Positions 8,618 to 17,990 are shown, counted from the first letter of the stretch. The stretch is DNA of 64,000 bases from Vicinamibacteria bacterium (GCA_963555995.3 OY821641.1:2048001-2112000); one strand, 5' to 3'. A program made the numbers and translations. The notes: a model not told the origin generated them from the letters alone.

Positions 8618-9601
8618 GTGATGATGGATACCCCGAACGCGGCGCCACGCCGTCCGGCCGGGCGCGAACTCTGGGGACGCGCCGCGCCGGCAACCGCGGT
8701 GCTCCTCGCCGGTTCCCAACTGGCGCTGGCGCAGCCCCTGACGGAGCGGGTGGAACACGCGGTGGAGATCCCGCGCGATGCCCGGATCTCGATCATGAAC
8801 TTCGCGGGACACGTGGAAGTGCACGGCACCGACCCCGGCGAGGACTCGACGCTCCGCGTGATCGGCGTGAAGCGGCTCGAAGCCGAACTTCCGGCCGAGG
8901 AGGCCGAACGCATCTTCGAACGGGTGAACCTGAACCTGAGGCGGCGCGGACGGCGCATCCGCATCGGGCCCAATCGCCCGCGCGGCGACCGGAACCGGCC
9001 CGCCGGACGGCCTTCCGGGGAGCGGAGCGGACCCCCGCCCGTAACCGAGGTCCGGCCACCGAGGCGCATCCCCCCCGTGTCGGTGGACCTCGAAGTCTGG
9101 CTCCCCGACGGCGCTTCCCTGGAGGTGCGGACGTTCACCGCGCCGATCACGATCGCCGGGATCGGCGGTCCGGACGGCGACTTCCTGCTCCGCAGCGTCA
9201 GCGGGCCCATCGAGATCCGGGACCTGGAGGCGGACGATCTGCGGGTGGAGACCGTCAGCGGGAACCTGACCCTCGCGGATGTCCGGGCCCATCGCGGCAG
9301 CTTCCTGACGTTGACGGCGCCCATCCGGGTCACCGGCGCCCTGCAGCTCGACGGCTGGTACGAGTTCCAGACCCACTCGGGGACGGTCCTGCTGGGACTC
9401 GGGTCCCTCCCCGGCTTCACGGTCGCAGCCACCACCTACTCGGGGGAGATCCGGAGCGAACTGGAGTTCGAGACCGAGCGCGACGGCCGGAGCCTGGAGG
9501 GCCGCTACGGCTCGGACGGCCCGCAGATCAGCGTCAGCACCTTCGGCGGCTCCATCCACCTGGCCCCGGAGGCCGGCGCCATCCGCGATGTGGAGCGCTA
9601 G
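8618..9601 (+). CDS. DUF4097 family beta-strand repeat protein
   Basis: Signal peptide and repeated SVSGPI / TVSGNL / THSGTV / TYSGEI / TFGGSI motifs. Confidence 0.8.
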   Translation: MMMDTPNAAPRRPAGRELWGRAAPATAVLLAGSQLALAQPLTERVEHAVEIPRDARISIMNFAGHVEVHGTDPGEDSTLRVIGVKRLEAELPAEEAERIFERVNLNLRRRGRRIRIGPNRPRGDRNRPAGRPSGERSGPPPVTEVRPPRRIPPVSVDLEVWLPDGASLEVRTFTAPITIAGIGGPDGDFLLRSVSGPIEIRDLEADDLRVETVSGNLTLADVRAHRGSFLTLTAPIRVTGALQLDGWYEFQTHSGTVLLGLGSLPGFTVAATTYSGEIRSELEFETERDGRSLEGRYGSDGPQISVSTFGGSIHLAPEAGAIRDVER

Positions 9602-10945
9602 TTACTCGAGGACGAAGAGCAGGACGAAGAGCCCCGCCAGGGCGTAGGTCACCGGGGAGACCTCCCTGCCCTTCCCGGCGAGCAGGTGGAGGGCCGACCA
9701 GGCGATGAAGCCGGCGCCGATCCCGTTGGTGATGCTGGTGGTAAGCGGCATGCCGACGACCACGAAGAAGGCGGGGATGGCGGCGACCGGCCGGTCCCAG
9801 GGCACCTTCGCGATCTCCGGCATCATGAAGATGCCGACCAGGATCAGGATGGGTGCCGCGACCGGATAGAGGGTGACGCCCTCGCCGAACGGCACCCCGC
9901 CGATCACCGAGAGCAGCGGATGGAAGAACATCGAGCCGAGCAGGAGGACGGCGGTGGTCAGCGCGGTGAGTCCGGTCCTGCCCCCCGCGGCGATGCCCGC
10001 GGCGCTCTCGATGTAGGTGGTGATGGTGGAGGTGCCGAGGAGGCTGCCGACCATGGTGCCGCCGGCGTCCGAGGCGAACGCCGCCTCCGCCCGCGGGAGC
10101 CGGCCATCCTTCATCAGCCCGGCGCGGCTCGTGACCCCGAGCAGGGTGCCGATGGTGTCGAACATGTCCACGACCAGCAGCACGACCACCGCGAAGATCC
10201 ACGTCGGCGCCGCGAAGAGGCCCCCGAAGTCCACCGCGAAAAGCGTCGGAAGGATCGAGGGAGGCGCCGCAACCACCCCGGTGAACTCGGTGAGGCCGAA
10301 CGCCAGGCTGAGGACTCCGGAGGCGCCGGCGCCGAGGAGCAGGGCTCCCGGCGCCCGCCGGATGACCAGGATGGCGGTGACCGCCAGACCCACGAGCGCG
10401 ACCTGGACGGGGCGGGCCCCGATGTCGCCCGGTCCGATGTAGATGCTCGGCGCGGCGGCGAGCAGGCCGGCCCAGCGCAGCCCGATCACCGCGATCATCA
10501 GCCCGATCCCGGCCACGATCCCGTGCCGGAGCGGCTCGGGAACCATGTCCATGAGCTTCGAGCGAACCTTGAACAGCGCGCTCGCCAGGAAGAGGACGCC
10601 GGCGATGAAGGTGGCGGCGAGCGCCTGCTGCCACGTCAGCCCGAACCCCCCGGCCGCCGCGGCCCCGCAGAGGGTGAAGGCGAAGAAGAAGTTGAGGCCC
10701 ATCCCCGGCGCGAGCGCGACCGGCAGCCGCGCGAAGATCCCCGCGGACGCGGTGGCGAGCGCCGCCCCGACGCAGGTGGCGACCATCACCGCGCCGGTGT
10801 CCATCCCCGCGGCCCCGAGCACGATGGGGTTGACCAGCACGATGTAGGCGAGGGTGAGCCAGGTGGTGGCTCCCGCCAGCACCTCGCGCCGGGGCGTGCT
10901 GCCCCGCGCCTCGATCCCGAAGAAACGATCCAGCCAGCTATACAC
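9602..10945 (-). CDS. NCS2 family (AzgA-like) purine permease
   Basis: YIVLVNP, LAPGMGLN, DMFDTIGTL, TTYIESAAGIAAGGRTGLTA motifs. Confidence 0.92.
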   Translation of the reverse strand: MYSWLDRFFGIEARGSTPRREVLAGATTWLTLAYIVLVNPIVLGAAGMDTGAVMVATCVGAALATASAGIFARLPVALAPGMGLNFFFAFTLCGAAAAGGFGLTWQQALAATFIAGVLFLASALFKVRSKLMDMVPEPLRHGIVAGIGLMIAVIGLRWAGLLAAAPSIYIGPGDIGARPVQVALVGLAVTAILVIRRAPGALLLGAGASGVLSLAFGLTEFTGVVAAPPSILPTLFAVDFGGLFAAPTWIFAVVVLLVVDMFDTIGTLLGVTSRAGLMKDGRLPRAEAAFASDAGGTMVGSLLGTSTITTYIESAAGIAAGGRTGLTALTTAVLLLGSMFFHPLLSVIGGVPFGEGVTLYPVAAPILILVGIFMMPEIAKVPWDRPVAAIPAFFVVVGMPLTTSITNGIGAGFIAWSALHLLAGKGREVSPVTYALAGLFVLLFVLE

Positions 10946-10984
10946 CGCGCGCCCTCCTTCCGTCCCGGCCCCGACCGGGCGCGC

Positions 10985-10995
10985 GATGGTACAAT
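10985..10995. promoter_or_regulatory. Overlapping divergent -10 elements for rpsT and the NCS2 permease
   Basis: The + strand reads TGgTACAAT (extended -10, 10987-10995). The - strand of the same bases reads TACCAT. Confidence 0.5.
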
Positions 10996-11023
10996 GCCCG
11001 TTCCCACCGCGAGTTACGCAATC

Positions 11024-11062
11024 GGAGCGGCGGTCTTCAGACCGGCACCGCGGCCGCAGGCC
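11024..11062 (+). repeat. REP-like palindrome type A plus auxiliary hairpin, upstream of rpsT
   Basis: ggagcggcggtcttcagaccggca followed by cgcggccgcaggccgcg. Confidence 0.8.
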
Positions 11063-11101
11063 GCGAAATCACTCACTCGACTATTCAGGTTCGGAGAACC
11101 C

Positions 11102-11359
11102 ATGGCCCACAGCAAATCCGCGAAGAAGCGCGTCCGCCAGAACGAGGAGCAGCGTCTTCGCAACCGGCATCACCGGAGCCGTCTCCGCAGCGCGATCAAG
11201 AAGCTCCGCGCCGCCGTCGCCGCCGGCGACCAGGACGCGAGCCGGGAACAGCTCCCGCGCACCATCGCCCTCCTGGACCGGATGGCGGGCCGCCGGGTCA
11301 TCCACCGGAACGCCGCCGCCCGCACCAAGTCCCGCCTCTCCCACCTCGTAGCCAAGTAG
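11102..11359 (+). CDS. rpsT: 30S ribosomal protein S20
   Basis: MAHSKSAKKRVRQNEEQRLRN...IHRNAAARTKSRL, with GGAGA RBS. Confidence 0.97.
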   Translation: MAHSKSAKKRVRQNEEQRLRNRHHRSRLRSAIKKLRAAVAAGDQDASREQLPRTIALLDRMAGRRVIHRNAAARTKSRLSHLVAK

Positions 11360-11377
11360 ACATCCCCGACCTCCAGG

Positions 11378-11510
11378 GGAGCGCCGGTCTTCCGACCGGC
11401 ACGCGGCCCGCAGGGCCGCGAAGCGAGTAGGGCCGACCAGCGACCAGCGCCCGTACGGCTTGGAACGCCGGTCTCCAGACCGGCACGCGCGGTGCTCCGC
11501 ACCGCGCACG
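11378..11510 (+). repeat. Two tandem REP type A copies, each with an auxiliary hairpin
   Basis: ggagcgccggtcttccgaccggca at 11378 and ggaacgccggtctccagaccggca at 11462. Confidence 0.85.
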
Positions 11511-11572
11511 TCGTAACTCCACCCAGCCGCACGGCACCATCACCCTTGCCCCACCCGCATACGATTCCCACG

Positions 11573-12613
11573 ATGCGCGTAATCCTCCACATCGGCGGCG
11601 CCGCCCTCCTGCTCGTCGGATTCGCGCTGGCAGGCTGCGCCTCGGGTGACCGCGACGAGACCCGTGAAGAGCCGGCGACCGCGGAAACGGAAACGGCGCT
11701 CCCCTTCCCGGCGACACCCCCCGACGGGCCGATGCCCGAGATCGGGCCGGCGCCCGCGGACTACGTGCCGACGGCCGCCGGGGCGCCCGCCACCGACATC
11801 TGGCTGGGCGCCCTCGTACGCGAAGGCGGCGCGCTCTCGATTTCCACTCTGGAGCAGGCGACCGACCGCGACGGCTACGACAACCAGCCCAGCTTCCTCC
11901 TCGACGGCTCGGCCATCCTCTTTACGGCGGCACTGGACCGGCGCCAGACGGAAACCACGCGCCTCGGGGTGACCTCCGGGGCCGAATCCGGCGCCGGCCC
12001 CCGGGTCCAGTTGACGCGCACGGAAGCGAGCGAGTTCTCGCCGCTCCCGATCCCCGGGCAGGAGGCCTTCTCCGCGATCCACGAACTCCGCGGCAAGCAA
12101 TACCTGTGGCGCTACGACCTCTCCGGCGAACCGCTCGGGCCGATCTTCGCCACCGCCGAGCCGGTGGGATACCACGCGTGGGCCAACGAACAGGTCGTCG
12201 CGATGTTCGTCCTCGGCGATCCGGCCACCCTCCAGGTCGGGGACGTCCTGAGCGGGGAGATCCGGATCGTCGCCGAGAACCCGGGCCGGTCCATCCACCG
12301 GATTCCGGGGACGGAGGAGATCTCCTTCGTGCGCAAGGTCTCGGACGAGGAGTGGTGGCTCGAACGCCTCGACCCCGCCACGGGAACCACGGTTCGGATC
12401 ACCCGGACGCTCCCGGGCCGCGAGGACACCGCGTGGACGCCCGGGGGCGAGATCCTGATGGGCGACGGCTCACGCCTGTTCTCGTGGTCGGAGGACTCAG
12501 AGTGGACCGAGATCGCCGACCTCTCGGACCGCGGCGTCGAGGGCATCACCCGTCTCGCCGTCAGCCCCGACGGCGCCCGCATCGCAATCGTCGCCAACCA
12601 CCCGGGCGCCTGA
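11573..12613 (+). CDS. TolB-like beta-propeller lipoprotein
   Basis: Lipobox LAGC. GYDNQPSF, EPVGYHAW and RLAVSPDGARIA motifs. Confidence 0.75.
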   Translation: MRVILHIGGAALLLVGFALAGCASGDRDETREEPATAETETALPFPATPPDGPMPEIGPAPADYVPTAAGAPATDIWLGALVREGGALSISTLEQATDRDGYDNQPSFLLDGSAILFTAALDRRQTETTRLGVTSGAESGAGPRVQLTRTEASEFSPLPIPGQEAFSAIHELRGKQYLWRYDLSGEPLGPIFATAEPVGYHAWANEQVVAMFVLGDPATLQVGDVLSGEIRIVAENPGRSIHRIPGTEEISFVRKVSDEEWWLERLDPATGTTVRITRTLPGREDTAWTPGGEILMGDGSRLFSWSEDSEWTEIADLSDRGVEGITRLAVSPDGARIAIVANHPGA

Positions 12614-12680
12614 GTTGCCAGGGCAGGAGCGTCCAAGGAGTGAGCGCGTAGGACTGTTCCGCCTCGCGGCGCAACGGCTG

Positions 12681-12842
12681 GGAGCGCCGGTCTTCAGACC
12701 GGCACCGCGGGCCGAAGGCCCGCCGATGTCATGTAACCGTTCGCGTTGATGAATCGAAAGCACAACGCCACCACGCAGGTCAGCGTCGTGCGGTGCGCTG
12801 CGCTCTGGCGCAGCGCGTGCCGGTCTGAAGACCGGCGCTCCC
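12681..12842. repeat. REPIN-like element A1 (inverted REP-A pair around a variable core)
   Basis: ggagcgccggtcttcagaccggca ... tgccggtctgaagaccggcgctccc. Homologous to 39767-39929 and 47139-47290. Confidence 0.88.
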
Positions 12843-12990
12843 AGCCGGCGGCGCAACGTGCGCTAACGGACGTCTCGGCGAGACTGCATTTCACAGCAAC
12901 TGGCGCACCGCGCACGTCGTAACTCCACTCGCCTTCAGGGCACCCCTGCTCTGGACCCCCGACCTTCCCCTCCCCCATACGATTCCCACC

Positions 12991-14775
12991 ATGCGCGGAA
13001 CCCTCCACGTCGCCTCCGCCGTCCTGCCGCTCCTCGCCGCCTGCGGCCCGGACCGTCCGGAGCAGGGCACCCTGCCTCCGCTCCACTACCTCGCCACCGC
13101 CGACCAGGCCGGCCCCGTCGCCTACCGCGACCCGGTGGGGGCAATCTCTCCCGACGGGAACTGGCTCGCGACGCTGGAACGCGGCCAGGTCCGCTTCGCC
13201 CCCGCGCAGGGCGGCGCCGTCCAACGGATCGGCCCGGGCACCGCATCCATCCGCTACCTCACCTGGCTCCCGGACAGCCGCCGGGTGCTGGTGCACGAGA
13301 ACGTGTTCGACCGCAGCCGCCAGGAATGGTGGATCTACGACCGCGCCGACGGCAGCCGGAGTCCGCTCTGGCCCGACCGCCCGGCGGACGCCGCGCCCCC
13401 CACCGGCGCGCTGGCCCAGCTGAGCTGGTCCGCGGACGGGTCGGCCATCGCCGGCGTGACCCGGGCGGACGGCGCTTCGACCCTCTGGGTCATGGATGCC
13501 GCGGGCGTGAACGCCGCGCCGCAGGCCAGCGCAGATCGCTTGTCCTTTCCCGCCTGGTCTCCCGACGGGCGGATCGCCTGCCTCGTCCGCACCGGGGATC
13601 ATCAGCAGCTACACCTGCCCTGCTCGGCGCCCGAGCCGCTCTTCGACGATCAGGAAGCCTACGGACGCATCGCCTTCTCTCCCGACGGCGAGTGGGTGAT
13701 CTACGGGGTTCCCGGCGAGGGCGGCTTCCTCGACCTCTGGATGCGGAGGGTGAGCGGCGGCCGGCGCACCCGGCTGACGCGCTTCGCCCGCGACGCCTAC
13801 TCGCCCTCGGTGGGCGCGGGCGGCGAGGTGGTCTTCAAGAGCCAGGACTACCGCGTCTTCCTCGCAACGGCCCCGGCAGACGGGGGACCTTCCGAACCGC
13901 TGACCGCCTTCCAGTCGGAGACGCCCACCTGGAGCCCGGACGGCAGCGAGATCGCCTTCACCTTCGGGAGCTGGCGGCACGTCACCGACGACATCCACTA
14001 TCCGGACATCGCCCAACACCTCGGGACCGTCACCGCCAGCGTCGAGACCCCGCACCGCGAGCCGCAGCGCGTCGTGCGCCAGTCCTACTCGGAGGACCAG
14101 GGCATGCAGTGGTCCCCGAACGGGCGCTGGATCGTCTTCCACACCCACGAGGAATCCGACGACATCTGGCTGATGGCGGCGGACGGCAGCGGCGCCCACC
14201 AGATCAGCGAGGACGGGCACGAGACCGGTTGGGCCCGCTGGTCGCCCGACAGCCGCTTCGTGGTCTTCACCAGCTACCGGCGCGACGCGACCGGCGCCCG
14301 GCACGGCGGGCTCTACGTCATCGGCGTGGACCAGGAGACGGGCGAGATCACCATGCCCCAGCAGCAGGTGCCCCTCGAAGGCTTCACGGAGGACGTGATC
14401 CAGGCGGAGTGGGCCGATGCGGGCGAGACGCTCCTGTTCGAGTCCGCCGCGGCGGTGGGCCGGAAGAGCCTCTGGACGGTGCCGCGCACCGGCGGAACGC
14501 CCACCCGGTTCCACGAGTTCGGCTCCGACCAGATCCACTCCGGGATCGGCGTTTCCCCGGACGGCGCGTGGGCCGCCTATATTGATCGCGCGGCCGACGG
14601 ATTCTTCCAAGTCTTCCGGGTGCCGCTCGGCGGGGGAGACGCGGAGCAGGTCACCTCCGACCCCACCCACAAGACCCAGCCCGCCTGGTCACCGCTCGGC
14701 GACCGGATCGCGTTCACCGTCTTCAGCTACCGCGCCCACTTCTGGCGGATCCACCCCTTCTCGCTCGCGCGCTGA
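12991..14775 (+). CDS. TolB-like PD40-repeat lipoprotein (probably two propellers)
   Basis: Lipobox LAAC and many WSPDG / FSPDG / WSPNG repeats. Confidence 0.82.
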   Translation: MRGTLHVASAVLPLLAACGPDRPEQGTLPPLHYLATADQAGPVAYRDPVGAISPDGNWLATLERGQVRFAPAQGGAVQRIGPGTASIRYLTWLPDSRRVLVHENVFDRSRQEWWIYDRADGSRSPLWPDRPADAAPPTGALAQLSWSADGSAIAGVTRADGASTLWVMDAAGVNAAPQASADRLSFPAWSPDGRIACLVRTGDHQQLHLPCSAPEPLFDDQEAYGRIAFSPDGEWVIYGVPGEGGFLDLWMRRVSGGRRTRLTRFARDAYSPSVGAGGEVVFKSQDYRVFLATAPADGGPSEPLTAFQSETPTWSPDGSEIAFTFGSWRHVTDDIHYPDIAQHLGTVTASVETPHREPQRVVRQSYSEDQGMQWSPNGRWIVFHTHEESDDIWLMAADGSGAHQISEDGHETGWARWSPDSRFVVFTSYRRDATGARHGGLYVIGVDQETGEITMPQQQVPLEGFTEDVIQAEWADAGETLLFESAAAVGRKSLWTVPRTGGTPTRFHEFGSDQIHSGIGVSPDGAWAAYIDRAADGFFQVFRVPLGGGDAEQVTSDPTHKTQPAWSPLGDRIAFTVFSYRAHFWRIHPFSLAR

Positions 14776-14823
14776 CCGCCCGCTCAACCCCGGAAGATCA
14801 GCCAGTCGAGGGTCGCCATGGGG

Positions 14824-14883
14824 TCAGCCGGTCATCCGGGAACGACGTTTGCCCCAGGCGACGACGGCTGGCGCCGGGATCAA
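14824..14883 (-). pseudogene. Remnant 5' end of an AbiEii-type nucleotidyltransferase toxin gene
   Basis: TTG overlapping the AbiEi stop gives MIPAPAVVAWG, then NVVP in a shifted frame, then a stop. Only about 100 bp remain before the convergent gene. Confidence 0.55.
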
Positions 14884-15707
14884 TCGTCGACCTCCGGGAT
14901 GCGCCGCACGATGACGCGCCACCGGGAATCGCGTACCGGCGGCCCACGTTGGAAGTCCGGCGTTCCCATCTCCTGCCGCTCGAGCTCGGTCCACCGCAAT
15001 GGTCCGCGCGCCCCCAATACCTCCAGCATCGCGCCCGTCACCGTGCCATGGCCGAGTTGCTGCAGCAGATGGCCCAGACGCTGCACAACCGGGCGTTCGA
15101 TCCGCGTCGACAGCGCGGCCAGTTGCACGGGATCAATCCTCGGACCGAGGTCGGAGAGGACCGTGGCGAGATTGTCGATGCCGCCGGACGCCTGCGGGTA
15201 GCGCAGCAGATCGAGCGACGTCAACGCGGGCGACGAGACCCTCATCGTGCCCGTATCGGTCTTGCGTTCCTCGATCCCTGCGAGCACCGCTTCCATATCC
15301 CTCCGGAAGTAGAAAACGATCAGGCTGCGACCGGCCCGAATCCTCGGAAACCGTTTGGCCGCGACGACCTGAAACTCCATGACCGCCTGATGCGTCGCCC
15401 CGTGCAACTCCGCGGCCTTGAGGAGCCCGAGGTAGTAGGTCTGGCCCTCGTAGCGCATGAGGGCATCGATGTACGAGGCCGGCGGCGGCGACCCCCAGGC
15501 CACATACTGCGGTGGGACGACTACGTAGAAGCCCTGCCGGGGGTGCAGCAACGCCCCACGGCGCTGCTGCCGCTCGGCGGCGTCCAGGAAGGCGCCGTGC
15601 GAGACGCCCATCGCGCGCTCGGCTTCATCGGCGGTGAATACGGTCCGGCCTGCCGAAAGCAGGCCGCTGACGTACTTCGAAAAGGCCGACCGTTGGTGGT
15701 GAATCAT
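14880..15707 (-). CDS. Type IV toxin-antitoxin AbiEi family antitoxin
   Basis: GFYVVVPPQY, YYLGLLKAAELHGATHQAVMEFQV, SSPALTSLDLLRY, QRLGHLL motifs. Confidence 0.88.
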   Translation of the reverse strand: MIHHQRSAFSKYVSGLLSAGRTVFTADEAERAMGVSHGAFLDAAERQQRRGALLHPRQGFYVVVPPQYVAWGSPPPASYIDALMRYEGQTYYLGLLKAAELHGATHQAVMEFQVVAAKRFPRIRAGRSLIVFYFRRDMEAVLAGIEERKTDTGTMRVSSPALTSLDLLRYPQASGGIDNLATVLSDLGPRIDPVQLAALSTRIERPVVQRLGHLLQQLGHGTVTGAMLEVLGARGPLRWTELERQEMGTPDFQRGPPVRDSRWRVIVRRIPEVDD

Positions 15708-15748
15708 GTCTGAATATCCGCTTTAGGTGCGGATTCTAATACATGATT
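15702..15748. promoter_or_regulatory. Putative AbiEi autoregulatory inverted repeat
   Basis: aatcatgt-N6-atccgc / N7 / gcggat-N6-acatgatt overlapping the start codon. Confidence 0.55.
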
Positions 15749-15787
15749 TGTCAGATCGCATGCGCCGCAAGAGCGATTCGCGCTGCG

Positions 15788-15838
15788 CCGTGCGCGGCGC
15801 GGAGCGCCGCGCGTGCCGGTCTGAAGACCGGCGGTCCC
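15788..15838 (-). repeat. REP type A with cgcggcgcggagcgccgcg hairpin
   Basis: cgtgcgcggcgcggagcgccgcgcgtgccggtctgaagaccggcggtccc, the same unit as at about 23358-23407. Confidence 0.85.
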
Positions 15839-15970
15839 GGCCGTACTAGTACGAGCCTAGGGCTCGGGCGGGATCCACTCTCGCCGCTTCGCGTACCGGG
15901 ATCCAGCACGCGAGGACCGCCACGGCCAGGATTCCGGCCGCAGCCAGACCGAGCCTCAAGGCATCGGCAG

Positions 15971-16390
15971 CTACCAGCGGACGAAGATCCCGGCCCTCAT
16001 GAGGGTGAAGTCCGGCGCGCGGTCCACCGAGACGGCGACCCCGTAGCGCCCGCCGAGACGGCCCCCTACGCCAACCAGCGGATTGGCGCCCGGCTCGACG
16101 GCCGGACCGCTCAGGACGATCTCGGTCCCGACCCGGAGGGACAGCCGGCCCCGCGCGCCGCGCCAGACGGGGACGGCCACGCCGGCCACGATGGCCCAGA
16201 CATCGGCGTCCTCGCTGAGGTAGCCGAAGGGTTCGACCCGCCAGATGTCCGCCTGCGCGCCGCCGAACCAGCCCCGGAACGCGACCTCCTCGTTGGAGAA
16301 CCGCATCGGGCCGGCGAGGACGATGCGGTCCTGCGCCGCCGCCGGAACCGCGGCGGCGAGCAGACCGGCGAGCACGAGAGTTCGGGTCAT
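15971..16390 (-). CDS. Secreted hypothetical protein, possibly a small beta-barrel
   Basis: Signal peptide ending AAAQD, alternating hydrophobic strands, C-terminal IFVRW. Confidence 0.6.
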   Translation of the reverse strand: MTRTLVLAGLLAAAVPAAAQDRIVLAGPMRFSNEEVAFRGWFGGAQADIWRVEPFGYLSEDADVWAIVAGVAVPVWRGARGRLSLRVGTEIVLSGPAVEPGANPLVGVGGRLGGRYGVAVSVDRAPDFTLMRAGIFVRW

Positions 16391-16451
16391 GGGAGCAGTG
16401 CGGGGCGACGCTTCTTCCCGGTTCGATGGGTCATCGGGGATCGGATCGCCG

Positions 16452-17990
16452 TCAGCCCGGGCGTGGGAGGCGCGGCACCGTGTACGGACTCACTTCTTCC
16501 ACATGGCCCCAAACCCGGCGGCCGACGGCGTCGGCCTCCCGGAGCAGGGCGTCCTCGTCCATGGTGAGGACCGTGCGGTCGCGCATGACGAACTGGCCGT
16601 CCACCATCACCGACTCGATGTCGCCCGGGTGCCCGCTGTGGACCAGCGCGGAGATGAAACGTCCCGCCGGCACCAGATGGGCCCGCAGCGTGTTCACGAC
16701 CAGGAGGTCGGCCTTCTTCCCGACTTCCAGCGTGCCAAGATCGTCGGCCTGGTTGACGGCCTGCGCGCCGCCCTGGGTCGCGTCCGCCAGCACGTCTTCC
16801 GGCTGGGGCGCGAGGCCAGGGACCTCGTCGCCGTCGCGGTTGCGCCGGATCCGCTCCATCAGCATGGCGGTGCGCATCACCTGGAAGACGTCGTTCGTGT
16901 TGTTGTCGGTCCCGAGCGCAATGGGACAGCCGGCTGTCCGCAGCTCCGGGATCGGGGGGCTGATGCCGCGGTTCGACGCCATCCCCGCCTGGTGGGCGAT
17001 GATGGTGCGGGACCTGCCGAGCAGCGCGACCTCCTCGTGGTTCACGTAGCGCGCGTGCGCCGCGAACAGCCGGGGGCCGAGGAAGCCGTGCCGGTCCAGA
17101 TACTCGGTCGGCCGGAGCCCGTGGTGCAGGACCATGAACTCGTACTCGGCGCGGCTCTGGTTCAGGTGGATCGTGTAGCCGAGATCGTGCCTATCGGCGA
17201 ACTCGCGCACCGCCCGCAGCAGCTCGGGTGACGAGGTCTCGGCGAGCCCGGCCGCCGGGAACACCGAGATGCGGCCGTTCCGCGCCCCGTGCCAGGTGCT
17301 GAACAGGTCGCTGATGCGTTCCATGCCCTCGTCCCGCAGCCGGTCCGAGAAGCGTGGCGTTTCGCTGACCGACTCCGCCATCGCCCGCGTGGACATGGGT
17401 CCGGGCACGTTCTCGGCGTCGCGGATCCCCTCCGCGAAGACGCAGCGGAGCCCGGAGTCGGCGAGCACCCCCGCCTGGCGCTGGACGTTCCCGGTGTACT
17501 CGACGATGGTGGTGGTCCCGGTGCGGATGGCCTCGAGCGCCGCGACCTGCACCATGAGGTTGCCTTCCTCTCCCTCGAGCAGGCTGGCGGGCGAGACCGA
17601 CAGGTTCGCGGTGTTCGGGAAGCCGAAGTCCTCGTTGAATCCCCGCGCGATCACCGCCCGCATGTGGGCGTGGGTGTTGACGAGGCCCGGAACCAGAGCC
17701 CGGTGGCGGCCGTCGTACCGCTCGGCGCCGGGATAGTCGGCGAGGACGGTGTCGGTGGGGCCGATCGCCGCGATCCGGCCGTCCTGGACCGCGAGCGCCA
17801 CGTCGTCCTGCACGGCGTCCGGGTTCGCGACGGTGGTGTTCGTGAAGACGACGGTCCCGTCCTGCGGCGCCGCCGCCTGAAGGCGGCCCGGCTCCAGGAG
17901 CATGGCTGCCGTGCCAGCGCCAGCGCCGGTGAGCACTTGACGGCGGGTAACGCCGGAACTGGGGGAACTCGGATCGGTTGTCTTGGACAT
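16452..17990 (-). CDS. Amidohydrolase family protein (SsnA/MtaD-like) with Tat signal
   Basis: TRRQVL twin-arginine motif. PGLVNTHAH, IHLNQ, LGTDN, GTLEVGKKADL motifs. Confidence 0.85.
   Translation of the reverse strand: MSKTTDPSSPSSGVTRRQVLTGAGAGTAAMLLEPGRLQAAAPQDGTVVFTNTTVANPDAVQDDVALAVQDGRIAAIGPTDTVLADYPGAERYDGRHRALVPGLVNTHAHMRAVIARGFNEDFGFPNTANLSVSPASLLEGEEGNLMVQVAALEAIRTGTTTIVEYTGNVQRQAGVLADSGLRCVFAEGIRDAENVPGPMSTRAMAESVSETPRFSDRLRDEGMERISDLFSTWHGARNGRISVFPAAGLAETSSPELLRAVREFADRHDLGYTIHLNQSRAEYEFMVLHHGLRPTEYLDRHGFLGPRLFAAHARYVNHEEVALLGRSRTIIAHQAGMASNRGISPPIPELRTAGCPIALGTDNNTNDVFQVMRTAMLMERIRRNRDGDEVPGLAPQPEDVLADATQGGAQAVNQADDLGTLEVGKKADLLVVNTLRAHLVPAGRFISALVHSGHPGDIESVMVDGQFVMRDRTVLTMDEDALLREADAVGRRVWGHVEEVSPYTVPRLPRPG

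Noticed and set aside
12694-12830. Peptide-coding role for REPIN interiors (recurrent WNAGFSRH, GSAGLQTG and DRHALR translations)
   Set aside because: These are translations of the repeats. Copies contain stops or an indel and show no third-position bias in substitutions.
15842-15853. Perfect 12-bp palindrome cgtactagtacg next to a REP
   Set aside because: Single short occurrence that cannot be distinguished from chance or an old CTAG insertion scar.
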